Positions 55,194 through 64,000 of a stretch of 64,000 nt of DNA are shown one piece after another; position 1 is the first letter of the stretch, and every line of letters starts with the position of its first letter. Under the pieces are notes generated by a model. The model was not told the DNA's origin. It ran no database searches and saw nothing but the letters and a program-made list of their open reading frames with translations. Source of the DNA: a virus; the IMG/VR virus record IMGVR_UViG_3300020411_004289, positions 32,001-96,000 of that record; one strand, 5' to 3'. The position numbers were made by a program, and so were the translations under genes.

Positions 55194-55877
55194 ATGGCAA
55201 GACTATTTATAACCCCTAGAGAGATAGACTTTATTTCAGACATCACTAAAGAAGTGATAAAAGATGTTGTAGGACAAAAGATCTTTTATTATCGTGTTAG
55301 AGAAGACTTGACAGATATTCATGACGTCTATGAAGAAGCAGAAAACAAAGTTTTTGATCCTCCTGTAGAGATAGAAGCCCGAATCGAATGGGAACCTGAA
55401 GTAATCACTACTAACAGGTTCGGTGGTGATGAAGCATATACTGTAAATGTTTTTCTCCATGAAAGAGACTTGCTAGATAGAGATATTAATCCACAAGATG
55501 GTGACTTTTTTAGCTATGGCGATACGTTTTTTGAAATAACTAGTGCAGTAATTGAAAGCACTGTGTACGGTCAAATAGAGCACAGTGTAGGTTTAAAATT
55601 AGTAGGAAAGCAGGCAAGAATGGGTCTTATTGATCGCACACCGAACGGACCTACTAGTGAGTCTTATTCTGATCCAGACGCTGTGCAAGATACTTTTGTA
55701 CAACAGCGAGGGTTTGAGAGCAATAGATTGGGCGAAACAGGAGATACACGATCTCTGCAAGAAAAGGGAGTACTGACTGAGCCTATATCAGGGCCTGCAG
55801 AAGTATCTCCAAAGGACGGCTCCGGTCAAAAAAATGAAGTAGGAATTATTGATTCTTCATTCTACGGCGATTCTTAG
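55194..55877 (+). CDS. Head closure/neck protein (T4 gp14-like)
   Basis: EVIKDVVGQKIFYY...DVYEEA..KVF...PQDGDF...FFEI, and synteny after the gp13-like gene. Confidence 0.7.
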   Translation: MARLFITPREIDFISDITKEVIKDVVGQKIFYYRVREDLTDIHDVYEEAENKVFDPPVEIEARIEWEPEVITTNRFGGDEAYTVNVFLHERDLLDRDINPQDGDFFSYGDTFFEITSAVIESTVYGQIEHSVGLKLVGKQARMGLIDRTPNGPTSESYSDPDAVQDTFVQQRGFESNRLGETGDTRSLQEKGVLTEPISGPAEVSPKDGSGQKNEVGIIDSSFYGDS

Positions 55878-55889
55878 AAGGGAAACTAA

Positions 55890-57080
55890 ATGTCTATAAG
55901 AGAAAACAAAGGAAACGCGCCTGAGAATTTTGAAATTCCCAACTGCACCATTGAGGATGTTGACAGGTCTGTGTTTACTTTGTTTGATAAACAATTGCCT
56001 TTCAATTATAAACACAAAGAGGGTATTAAAAAAGCCCCTGTAATATTTGCAACAGGTGAAAGATTTGCTGTTCTGAGAAGAAAAGAGCCGTTAAGAGATA
56101 AGTCCGGTGCCCTAGTATTACCCTTGATATCAATAATGAGGACAGGCATTAGTCAAGCACCAACAATGGGCGCCGGCACTTCTCAAAATGTGCCAATGAC
56201 AATTAGAAAAAGGCTTTCACCAGAAGATCCAGTCTATCAGAGATTAATCAATAAGTCAGGTATAAAAAACTCTGATGATTTGGTTTCTAATCTTGCTAAA
56301 ACAACAGACATAACAGGAAGTATGCCGGGCCGCGTCGCTACCCGACGTGCTAGTCCACCAACCCCTTTATCTACTAGAGAAGGAGAAGTACTTAATACAA
56401 CTCTAGGAAATAATATATTTGAAGTTATTACGATGCCTCCTCCAAAGTATTACACAGCAACATATGAGGTTACTTTTTGGGCGCAGTATACAACACAAAT
56501 GAACGATATGATCATGGCAATGATGTCTCTATATCAATCATACTCACAACGATCTTTTAAACTAGAGACACCTAAAGGGTATTGGTTTGTAGGATATGTT
56601 GCCGAGGCACTAACGCCTGGAAATAACTTCGATGACTTTACTGACAGTGAAAGGCTAGTTAGATACTCTTTTGAACTAACAGTACCAGCCTATATTGTTG
56701 GTTCTGCGTATAGAGGTGCAGAAAATAGATTAAGAAAATTTATCTCTGCACCACAGATATCTTTTGATTCTGATGTTTTTACAGATAGTTATGTACAACA
56801 GGCGCCGGCAAACATAGCCTCAGGCGACCCAAAAAGCTATATTTTAGATGATATGAGAACAATAGATAGAAACCTCCCAGGACAAGCAATCGCAAACACA
56901 CAAGGAAAAATTGGTGGTATGTCAATTGCAAATGTTGGAGGTACGACAACTGATTCCGACACGGAAGTTTTTGAAATTACAAAAGATCCGTTTACGGGAA
57001 AGACTATTAGAAAGAAGGTTTTGGTTAAAACAAGACTCCGCCGAAGTGGTGAAACTGTTTTGAAAGAAACCATTGGCTAA
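55890..57080 (+). CDS. Tail terminator/sheath stabiliser (T4 gp15-like)
   Basis: PVIFATGER...LPLISIMRT...PKYYTATYEVTFWAQYTTQMN...RLVRYSFELTV, and synteny before the sheath genes. Confidence 0.7.
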   Translation: MSIRENKGNAPENFEIPNCTIEDVDRSVFTLFDKQLPFNYKHKEGIKKAPVIFATGERFAVLRRKEPLRDKSGALVLPLISIMRTGISQAPTMGAGTSQNVPMTIRKRLSPEDPVYQRLINKSGIKNSDDLVSNLAKTTDITGSMPGRVATRRASPPTPLSTREGEVLNTTLGNNIFEVITMPPPKYYTATYEVTFWAQYTTQMNDMIMAMMSLYQSYSQRSFKLETPKGYWFVGYVAEALTPGNNFDDFTDSERLVRYSFELTVPAYIVGSAYRGAENRLRKFISAPQISFDSDVFTDSYVQQAPANIASGDPKSYILDDMRTIDRNLPGQAIANTQGKIGGMSIANVGGTTTDSDTEVFEITKDPFTGKTIRKKVLVKTRLRRSGETVLKETIG

Positions 57081-57098
57081 CTTTTGACTTTGAACTGG

Positions 57099-57105
57099 AT
57101 ACTTA
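57099..57105 (+). promoter_or_regulatory. Putative late promoter ATACTTA
   Basis: Motif upstream of AGGAG and sheath gene 1. Confidence 0.6.
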
Positions 57106-57132
57106 AACAAGGGATAAATCGCTCTAGGAGAT

Positions 57133-60100
57133 ATGATGGCTGAGCAAACATTTAGATCACCTGGCTTTTTTGAGCAGGAAATTGACTTATCGGCCCGCAA
57201 GGTGTCACCGTCCGGAACTCCGGCAGGTGTCATTGGAACAGCGGAAAGGGGACCAGCGTTTGTCCCTGTAACTGTCGGATCATTTGCCGACTTTGAAACA
57301 AAATTTGGATCACTAGATACAAATAGATTCGGACCTTATGCGGTTCGAGAATTCTTAAAACATAGAACGTCGCTAACGTACATGCGTGTTTTGGGTGCTG
57401 GATCAAATGAGACAGCAGCCGAGATTTCAACTACGAATACAGAAGGTACTGTTAAAAATGCAGGCTTTGTTGTAACGGGCTCTGTCAAGACAGCAGGGAC
57501 CGACTTAAGAGGACAGGGATGTGTGCAAATACTTGTTGCAGCACATAAGCCGCCGGCTCGCGAAGCTTCAGGTTTCCCATCCTTTACAGACAATGATAGC
57601 TTCTTTTCTAATAGAGACGCAACATCTGATCAAGTCAATGTGGTCCGGGCCGTCATTCTTACAGCATCTGGAACACAGGTTCAGCTTCTAGAGCCTAACA
57701 AGGCATATAGCTACGACAATACTGTGCTGGATACTGTTGGTGTTGATAGCATTGGAAGGTCACCTCTAACTAGCGCAAAATACTTCAAGTTATGCATAAG
57801 TTCTTCCGCCGGCGCGGCTTTCGGCAACGATGATAACAGCCCGGGCATTAGAATTCTTTCTGCTTCTCTAGATCCTGAAGATGGCAACTACATCTCAAAG
57901 GTTCTAAACACAGACCCACTCAAGTTTCAGAAAGAGGAGCATCTTCTCTATCTTGACTACGCAGTTGAGCATGACTTAGCACCTGTCGTTTCTAGTAGTG
58001 TGGGTGGATGCGTTGCTTTGCTTTCAGGGTCAGCTAACACTAGCGCAGGCACAAACTCGACGCAAAACTTCAATGCATTGTTCGGAAGATTTGACACAAG
58101 ATACACTACGCCTAGAACAACCAGCTTTATCTCGCAGCCATATGGTTTCAAAGAGTTTGATCTATTCCACTTTGAGTCTCTTTCCGATGGATCATATGCG
58201 AACGATAAGTTTAAGGTTTCAATTGCAAACTTGCGTGCATCAACAGATCCAAACAACAAGTATGGAACTTTTGAAGTACAGATCAGATCGTTCTCTGACA
58301 CAGACACTAATACACAGATTTTAGAGAGGTATCCAGAATGCTCCCTAGATCCTAAGTCTGATCGATACATTGCACGTCAGATTGGTGATAAAAAAGTATC
58401 ATATGATTTCGATCAGGAGGATCCGGACGAGAGACGATTGGTCATTCAGGGCAAGTACCCGAATGTTTCACAGCGTGTTAGAATTAGAATGAATTCTGCT
58501 GTTGAAGATAGAGATATTCCTCAAGATGCGCTTCCGTTTGGTTTCCGGGGTATACCGGTCTTGAAGACATCTGATACATTAACAGATAAGACAACGTCAG
58601 CACTGGTTGCTGCAAATGGAACCACACTAGGTACAGGCGCAGAACGACGACTCGGCGGTGGCCTAGGCACAGCTCCTGCTGCAGCTCTTGGAGCGCTCTC
58701 TGGTTCTATTGTGCCTCCTCTTCCCTTTAGATTTAAGGTTACACGAGGTGCCATAAGTACTTCTACTGCTCCTTCATTTGTAGGAGAAGTAGGTACGAAC
58801 GAAAGAGTAGATGGACGTTTTTACTGGGGTGTTAAGGGAACGAGGGTTCCTCTTACTGGATCACTTTCTAAATCGATTCTGAATACCAATGTAAGCTCTG
58901 TTGCCAATCCTTTGGTAGCTGCTTATACAAAATTCCAAGGAATCGAAAAACTAGACATGCTGGTTTCCGGCTCTGCGCAAGATGAGTTCAACAATAATAA
59001 GTTTACACTAGCTCGCGTAGCTTTCTACAACAAAGACCAAGGAAACGGCCTCTCAGATGTCTTCACAGAGTTTACAGGAAGCTCGCGTGAGCATATGAAG
59101 GAAGCATCTTATATCCGCAACGGAGACCCAGATAAGACGACATACACAGTCGATGACGGGACTTCGTACGGAGATACCAGATTTACACTAGCTTCCCTGA
59201 TCCAGACAAGTTCTGTAATATTCAACAGATTTACAGACTTCGCCAAGTTTACAAACATATTCTATGGCGGTTTCGACGGTGTCAATATTCTTGATGAAAA
59301 TGCTAACTTCTTCAAGGACAAAGCATTGTCAGCTGATGTCGGCGGAGGTGCTCTTGAAGGTGACCCGGATTTAGGACTATCACAGATCGGGAGCAAGAAT
59401 CAGCAGGGTGAAGGAAGAAGAAATAATGCAGTTGCTTCTGTAAGAAGAGCAGCAGAAATTATGACTGATCCAATGTCAGTTAATATTAATATCCTTGCGA
59501 TCCCAGGAATCAGAGATACATTCGTATCAGATCATGCGATTGATTTAACAAAAAAATACTCGCAAGCGATCTATCTAATGGATCTCATCAAATATGATGA
59601 AGACGGAAATCGACTATACGATGACTCTACAGCTCGAGTCGACGTAAGAGAGACTTCTGAAAACTTTGAAGGACGAGCAATTGACAATAACTACGGTGCA
59701 ACGTTCTTCCCAGATGTTTTCATCAATGATCAGGTAAATAATCAAATCGTAAAGGTCCCAGCATCAGTCGCCGCACTAGCTACTCTGGCGTTTAATGATA
59801 AGGTTGCATTCCCATGGTTTGCACCCGCCGGATTTAATCGAGGCGCGCTGGACTTTGTTGTCAATGTTGAAAATAGACTTACGTCAGGCGACAGAGACAC
59901 ACTTTATGATGCACGAATTAATCCAATTGCTGTTTTCCCACGTGCAGGATTTGTGATCTTCGGACAGAAGACACTACAGATGGCAAAATCAGCCCTTGAT
60001 AGAGTTAATGTTCGCCGCTTGCTTCTAGAAGTAAAGAGGCAGGTTGTTAGAGTAGCGGACAAGATTTTATTTGAACCTAATACATCTCAAACACGAGCTC

Positions 60101-60312
60101 GTTTCGTGTCTCAGGTGACACCTCTCTTAGCTTTGATTCAAGCCCAGGCCGGAATCGAACAATTTAAGGTGGTATGTGACGATACAAACAATTCAGTTCG
60201 GGATGTTGAAGAAAATAAACTAAACGGACGTATCGTTGTGGTCCCAACAAGGGCTGTTGAATTCATCGCTGTAGATTTTATTATCACAAACAGTGGTGTG
60301 AGCTTTGAATAA
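57133..60312 (+). CDS. gp18: Tail sheath protein 1 (gp18-like; start may be 57136)
   Basis: SPGFFEQEIDLS...GPAFVP and C-terminal PWFAPAGFNRG, INPI, FGQKTL, DRVNVRRLL, FEPN and PTRAVEFI. Confidence 0.93.
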   Translation: MMAEQTFRSPGFFEQEIDLSARKVSPSGTPAGVIGTAERGPAFVPVTVGSFADFETKFGSLDTNRFGPYAVREFLKHRTSLTYMRVLGAGSNETAAEISTTNTEGTVKNAGFVVTGSVKTAGTDLRGQGCVQILVAAHKPPAREASGFPSFTDNDSFFSNRDATSDQVNVVRAVILTASGTQVQLLEPNKAYSYDNTVLDTVGVDSIGRSPLTSAKYFKLCISSSAGAAFGNDDNSPGIRILSASLDPEDGNYISKVLNTDPLKFQKEEHLLYLDYAVEHDLAPVVSSSVGGCVALLSGSANTSAGTNSTQNFNALFGRFDTRYTTPRTTSFISQPYGFKEFDLFHFESLSDGSYANDKFKVSIANLRASTDPNNKYGTFEVQIRSFSDTDTNTQILERYPECSLDPKSDRYIARQIGDKKVSYDFDQEDPDERRLVIQGKYPNVSQRVRIRMNSAVEDRDIPQDALPFGFRGIPVLKTSDTLTDKTTSALVAANGTTLGTGAERRLGGGLGTAPAAALGALSGSIVPPLPFRFKVTRGAISTSTAPSFVGEVGTNERVDGRFYWGVKGTRVPLTGSLSKSILNTNVSSVANPLVAAYTKFQGIEKLDMLVSGSAQDEFNNNKFTLARVAFYNKDQGNGLSDVFTEFTGSSREHMKEASYIRNGDPDKTTYTVDDGTSYGDTRFTLASLIQTSSVIFNRFTDFAKFTNIFYGGFDGVNILDENANFFKDKALSADVGGGALEGDPDLGLSQIGSKNQQGEGRRNNAVASVRRAAEIMTDPMSVNINILAIPGIRDTFVSDHAIDLTKKYSQAIYLMDLIKYDEDGNRLYDDSTARVDVRETSENFEGRAIDNNYGATFFPDVFINDQVNNQIVKVPASVAALATLAFNDKVAFPWFAPAGFNRGALDFVVNVENRLTSGDRDTLYDARINPIAVFPRAGFVIFGQKTLQMAKSALDRVNVRRLLLEVKRQVVRVADKILFEPNTSQTRARFVSQVTPLLALIQAQAGIEQFKVVCDDTNNSVRDVEENKLNGRIVVVPTRAVEFIAVDFIITNSGVSFE

Positions 60313-60315
60313 ATG

Positions 60316-60322
60316 ATAAGTA
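60316..60322 (+). promoter_or_regulatory. Putative late promoter ATAAGTA
   Basis: Motif upstream of AGGAG and sheath gene 2. Confidence 0.6.
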
Positions 60323-60353
60323 GTATTAGAGGAAAAATCCAGGAGATGACTCA

Positions 60354-63300
60354 ATGGCAGAGCTAACTTTTAAGAGCCCAGGTGTTAGCACACGGGAAAT
60401 TGATTTAAGCGGACCAACTGCAATACAGCCCAGAGGAATTCCAGCGGGCATCGTTGGAACATCAATAAGAGGGCCGGCATTTGTCCCTATTACATTCGCA
60501 ACTTTTCAAGATTTTGTCTCGACGTTTGGTAACACAGACGGCGACAAATTTGGACCGTTAGCAGTACATGAATGGATGCGAAACGCAGGTGCAGGAACTT
60601 ATGTAAGAGTCCTAGGCATCGGAGACGGCAAAGCTAGAAATACAGGAGGTTCCAACCCAGGTAACGTAACTAACGCTGGATACGTTGTTGGTGATCGCCT
60701 TCCGAAAGCAAACGGCATGGTGGGTGATAATCCTTACACTCACACCGCCGGCCGCGGCCCTCTAGGAAGAACCTATGCACTAGGTTGTTTTATGTCTCAG
60801 GCTAATGGAAGCACAGTCTTTACAGATGCAGGATTAGGCCAGCTAGCTGCTGGTTCTGATAGAGCTAGGCCTATTCTTCGCGGTGTGGTCATGGCACCTT
60901 CTGGGGTTGTAATCTCCCTAAGTTCTTCAAACGCAAATACTACAAACAACGTACCCTCAACTACGAACAGAGCATTTGGTAATTTCGCTGCAGCAGCCGA
61001 CGCCGGAAATCCATTCGGCGATGTTGTTACGAGTAGCGGTAAATCACAGTTTGTGATGCTACTAAACGGTCACAAAGTTTCTGATTCGTACGGCAATATC
61101 GTAACAGCATCTTTTGATCCGAAATCACCTTCTTATTTCGCAAACGTCTTTAATACAGACCCAACTAAGATTCAAGAAGCTGGTCATTATCTTTATGCAC
61201 ACTGGGACATAGATCCAGTTTTGGCAGTACCTTCTGCTGCAGGGATGGGTCTCTCAGAGCGTTACAGCGATAGAACAACAATCGGCTTTATGCTCTCAGG
61301 GTCAAAAGGAAGAAATACTGGCGAAGCTTCTTCAGCTACTAACGCCGGCGCTCCAAACTGGGAAAGTTGGGAAGATAGGTACAGCGCTGCTTTCTCTCCT
61401 GCAGTTATTTCTCAAAAGTTTGGAGGTTCAAACCTCAATCTGTTTAAGGTGCACTCCAGAGACGATGGAGTAGTAGGTTCCCGAGCATTTAAGATTACAA
61501 TTGAAAATGTTCAAGCTTCAACTAATGAAAATAATAAGTTTGGAACATTTGACTTGTTGGTAAGAAGACTGGACGACAACGATATGAATCCTGTCGTTCT
61601 TGAGAGTTTTCGAGGCCTGGATTTAAATCCTGGATCTGATCGATATGTTGCTAGAGTGATTGGTGATACAAACACATTCTATGACTTTGACAAAAAAGCC
61701 GGCGGACAAAAGCTGGTAATCGAAGGAAAATATCCAAACAGTTCACAGTTTATTAGAATTGAAGCAGATAATGATCTAGACCTAGGCAGATTGGACGACA
61801 CAGCATTGCCTTGTGGTTTCCGTGGATTACATCACTTAGTAACTTCCGGATCAACCGTGGGCGATCTGGCAGCATTCACAGGATCTATCGACGGTAGCTC
61901 AGAATTCGATTCTTTGCTAACTTGTAAGAACATAACTCAGTTACCTGTTCCGATGAGAGAAACTGTTGCTGTAGGGGTTGCGCCAAAGAAAACACCTGAA
62001 GCTGCACTTACTTGGGGCGTTCAGTTTGAGCTAAAAGACAGCACAACTCAACCTAACCAGAATCAAAAGCTAGATCCTTCTATATACGGATTTACAAAGT
62101 GGTTCCCAAATTTTCACACTTCATTCCAGAACCCATGGGTTGGTGATAATGAAGGAACAGTTGATCTAAATGGGTGTGTCTTAGATGCAGACAGATATCT
62201 TAACAATCTATTCTCTTTAGAGCAGGTTGAGGTGATCACGTCTTCAAACAATAAGCCAGATGCACAGCAATGGTCAGCTGCAACCTATAGAAGAAATGGA
62301 ACATCAGTAGGATCACTTACAGATCGAGACGGCAACACGGGTATTGGCTCTAGATTCCTAGATGCTTCGATTGACTTTAGTCACTTACCAACACGAAAAT
62401 ATCTTAAGTTTTCATTCCCTCTACAGGGAGGCTTTGATGGCGTAAATATTTTCGACAAAGACAAGTCCAAGCTAACAGACAATGCAGCTCGTCGAGAAAT
62501 GGACGATTCATCAGCACAGGGAGGGACTTCAGGACCGACGGTTGCTGCATACAGAAAAGCAATTGACGTAATGGAAGAGAAATCAGACGTCGATATTCAG
62601 CTGTTAGCAATCCCAGGACTTCGTCATGAATCCGTGACTGACTATGCTGTCGAATCAACAGAAAGAAGATTCGACGCGCTCTTTATTATGGACATTGAAG
62701 AGAAAGATACAGTTGATGCTTACGTCACTGCTTCACTTGATCAAAATGTCAACGTAACAAACACAGTAAATAGATTCGGTGGGCGCTCGATGGATTCTTC
62801 GTTTGCGGCTGCGTACTTCCCAGACGTTGTAATAACAGATCCTTCGACTGCTACAAACGTACAATGCCCACCATCAGTTGCTGTTTTAGGTGCATTTTCA
62901 CTAAATGACGCTGTTGCTCACCCATGGTTTGCACCAGCTGGATTTACACGCGGTGCACTATCATCTGTTGTAGAGTCACAAGTAAAATTCAATAGAACAA
63001 ACTTAGATGAACTATACACAGTTGATGTGAACCCGCTAACTTCTTTCCCACACACTCCGGGTGTAGTGGTCTTCGGCCAGAAAACACTTTTGGCTGCACA
63101 AAGTGCCCTTGATAGAGTCAACGTAAGAAGACTTTTGATTGATGTGAGGAGAAAAGTTAAGAGAGTTGCTAATTCTCTCTTGTTCGAGCCAAACAGAACA
63201 GAGACGTTAGCTAGATTTAGTGCTGCTGTGACACCAATTTTAACACAAATTCAGCAGCAGCAAGGACTAGATCGATTTAAGGTACAGATTGATACTACTA

Positions 63301-63422
63301 CGACTACGCAGGCAGATGTTGAAAACAACACAATACGAGGCAAGATTTTCTTGCAGCCTACACGCTCCGTCGAATTCATCAGTCTAGATTTCGTGGTGAC
63401 AAATGCTGGCGCCGACGTATAA
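60354..63422 (+). CDS. gp18: Tail sheath protein 2 (gp18-like)
   Basis: SPGVSTREIDLS...GPAFVP, PWFAPAGFTRG, FGQKTL, DRVNVRRLL, FEPN and PTRSVEFI. Confidence 0.93.
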   Translation: MAELTFKSPGVSTREIDLSGPTAIQPRGIPAGIVGTSIRGPAFVPITFATFQDFVSTFGNTDGDKFGPLAVHEWMRNAGAGTYVRVLGIGDGKARNTGGSNPGNVTNAGYVVGDRLPKANGMVGDNPYTHTAGRGPLGRTYALGCFMSQANGSTVFTDAGLGQLAAGSDRARPILRGVVMAPSGVVISLSSSNANTTNNVPSTTNRAFGNFAAAADAGNPFGDVVTSSGKSQFVMLLNGHKVSDSYGNIVTASFDPKSPSYFANVFNTDPTKIQEAGHYLYAHWDIDPVLAVPSAAGMGLSERYSDRTTIGFMLSGSKGRNTGEASSATNAGAPNWESWEDRYSAAFSPAVISQKFGGSNLNLFKVHSRDDGVVGSRAFKITIENVQASTNENNKFGTFDLLVRRLDDNDMNPVVLESFRGLDLNPGSDRYVARVIGDTNTFYDFDKKAGGQKLVIEGKYPNSSQFIRIEADNDLDLGRLDDTALPCGFRGLHHLVTSGSTVGDLAAFTGSIDGSSEFDSLLTCKNITQLPVPMRETVAVGVAPKKTPEAALTWGVQFELKDSTTQPNQNQKLDPSIYGFTKWFPNFHTSFQNPWVGDNEGTVDLNGCVLDADRYLNNLFSLEQVEVITSSNNKPDAQQWSAATYRRNGTSVGSLTDRDGNTGIGSRFLDASIDFSHLPTRKYLKFSFPLQGGFDGVNIFDKDKSKLTDNAARREMDDSSAQGGTSGPTVAAYRKAIDVMEEKSDVDIQLLAIPGLRHESVTDYAVESTERRFDALFIMDIEEKDTVDAYVTASLDQNVNVTNTVNRFGGRSMDSSFAAAYFPDVVITDPSTATNVQCPPSVAVLGAFSLNDAVAHPWFAPAGFTRGALSSVVESQVKFNRTNLDELYTVDVNPLTSFPHTPGVVVFGQKTLLAAQSALDRVNVRRLLIDVRRKVKRVANSLLFEPNRTETLARFSAAVTPILTQIQQQQGLDRFKVQIDTTTTTQADVENNTIRGKIFLQPTRSVEFISLDFVVTNAGADV

Positions 63423-63438
63423 GTACTAATTGAATGAC

Positions 63439-63445
63439 ATATTTA
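63439..63445 (+). promoter_or_regulatory. Putative late promoter ATATTTA
   Basis: Motif upstream of AAGGAG and the tube gene. A second copy, ATAAGTA, spans the sheath-2 stop (63419-63425). Confidence 0.6.
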
Positions 63446-63474
63446 ATAAGGACCCATTAAGGAGATAACAGAAA

Positions 63475-63963
63475 ATGGCAGAAACACTTCCAGTCACAGA
63501 TATGCTACCCAATAAGTTTGAACCCAAACGAAAATTTAGATGGGTATTTGCAATTGAAGGGATTGATGCTTTTTTGATGAAGACGGCGGCCCGGCCTAAC
63601 GTCACAATTGAGGAGACAGAAGTATCCTTCATTAACTCTACGCGTTACCTTGCCGGTAAGTCAAAATTCGAGGCAATTACTGTCACGCTACATGATCCAA
63701 TTGCACCTTCGGGAGCACAGCAGGTAATGGAGTGGTGCAGAACACACTTTGAATCAGTTTCAGGTCGTGCAGGATATGCCGACTTCTACAAGAGAGACTG
63801 CCAGCTCAAGCTTCTTGATCCAGTTGGAACAGTAGTTGAGCTTTGGGATATCAAAGGAGCGTTCCTCACTAACGCCACATTTGGTGATCTAGACTACGGC
63901 GGCTCTGACCCAGCAGAAATTTCTCTGACAATCAGATTTGATAATTGCGTACTGCAATACTAA
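63475..63963 (+). CDS. gp19: Tail tube protein (gp19-like)
   Basis: FEPKRKFRW, YLAGK..F..ITVTLHD, VMEW, YKRDCQLKLLDPVG.VVE.W.IKGAF and GDLDY. Follows the sheath genes. Confidence 0.92.
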   Translation: MAETLPVTDMLPNKFEPKRKFRWVFAIEGIDAFLMKTAARPNVTIEETEVSFINSTRYLAGKSKFEAITVTLHDPIAPSGAQQVMEWCRTHFESVSGRAGYADFYKRDCQLKLLDPVGTVVELWDIKGAFLTNATFGDLDYGGSDPAEISLTIRFDNCVLQY

Positions 63964-64000
63964 ACTCTAGAGTCAAAATACTAAAGATCAGTAGTTTTTA

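Noticed and set aside
1677-63632. Numerous minus-strand and alternate-frame ORFs of 60-212 aa (for example 5860-6498, 29822-30364, 51436-51918, 53720-53986)
   Set aside because: All overlap convincing + strand genes, lack recognisable motifs, and look like antisense or shadow frames.
4394-63963. Bacterial contractile injection system (eCIS, T6SS or tailocin) suggested by the two sheath genes
   Set aside because: Terminase, portal, protease, capsid and neck genes are all present, so this is a complete tailed phage morphogenesis region.
1-64000. Stop-codon reassignment (TAG or TGA), as in some jumbo phages
   Set aside because: Genes tile almost without gaps under the standard code. TAG ends several genes at their expected C-termini (primase, Mre11-Rad50, terminase) and is followed closely by the next RBS and start.
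1-64000. CRISPR array, tRNA or other structured RNA genes
   Set aside because: No repeat-spacer periodicity or cloverleaf was seen. The intergenic gaps are short and mostly explained by promoters, RBSs and one terminator.
63964-64000. Possible terminator after the tube gene
   Set aside because: Only a weak, bulged AT-rich stem is present and it is cut by the window edge, so it cannot be supported.

Overview
This 64-kb window looks like part of a large (jumbo-type) myovirus genome of the T4-like structural lineage. It is AT-rich, very densely coded under the standard code, and every credible gene is on the + strand. In order it contains: a 5'-truncated Cas4/RecB-like nuclease; two GT4-like glycosyltransferases; a gp55-like late sigma factor; a ~31-kb baseplate/adsorption region (gp5-, gp25- and gp6-like proteins, several LamG, FN3 and beta-helix proteins, tail-collar-like proteins); a replication/recombination island (RuvC-like resolvase, primase, a single-chain Mre11-Rad50 fusion); a head module (terminase, portal, prohead protease, probable internal proteins, scaffold, major capsid protein); a stand-alone PAS protein coupled to a holin-like membrane protein; neck proteins; two tandem tail sheath genes; and the tail tube. 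The most notable signals are: (i) a non-T4 late-promoter-like motif ATAnnTA in nearly every late intergenic gap, one copy of which defines a probable nested gene inside the scaffold gene; (ii) strong enrichment of the [S/T]-G-S tripeptide in virion proteins next to two glycosyltransferases, a candidate virion glycosylation system; (iii) the PAS plus holin-like cassette; (iv) two >1000-aa sheath paralogs; and (v) local over-representation of CTAG. All assignments come from motif recognition by eye, no searches were run, and counts are manual. I could not support any tRNA, rRNA, CRISPR array, intein, intron or mobile element.
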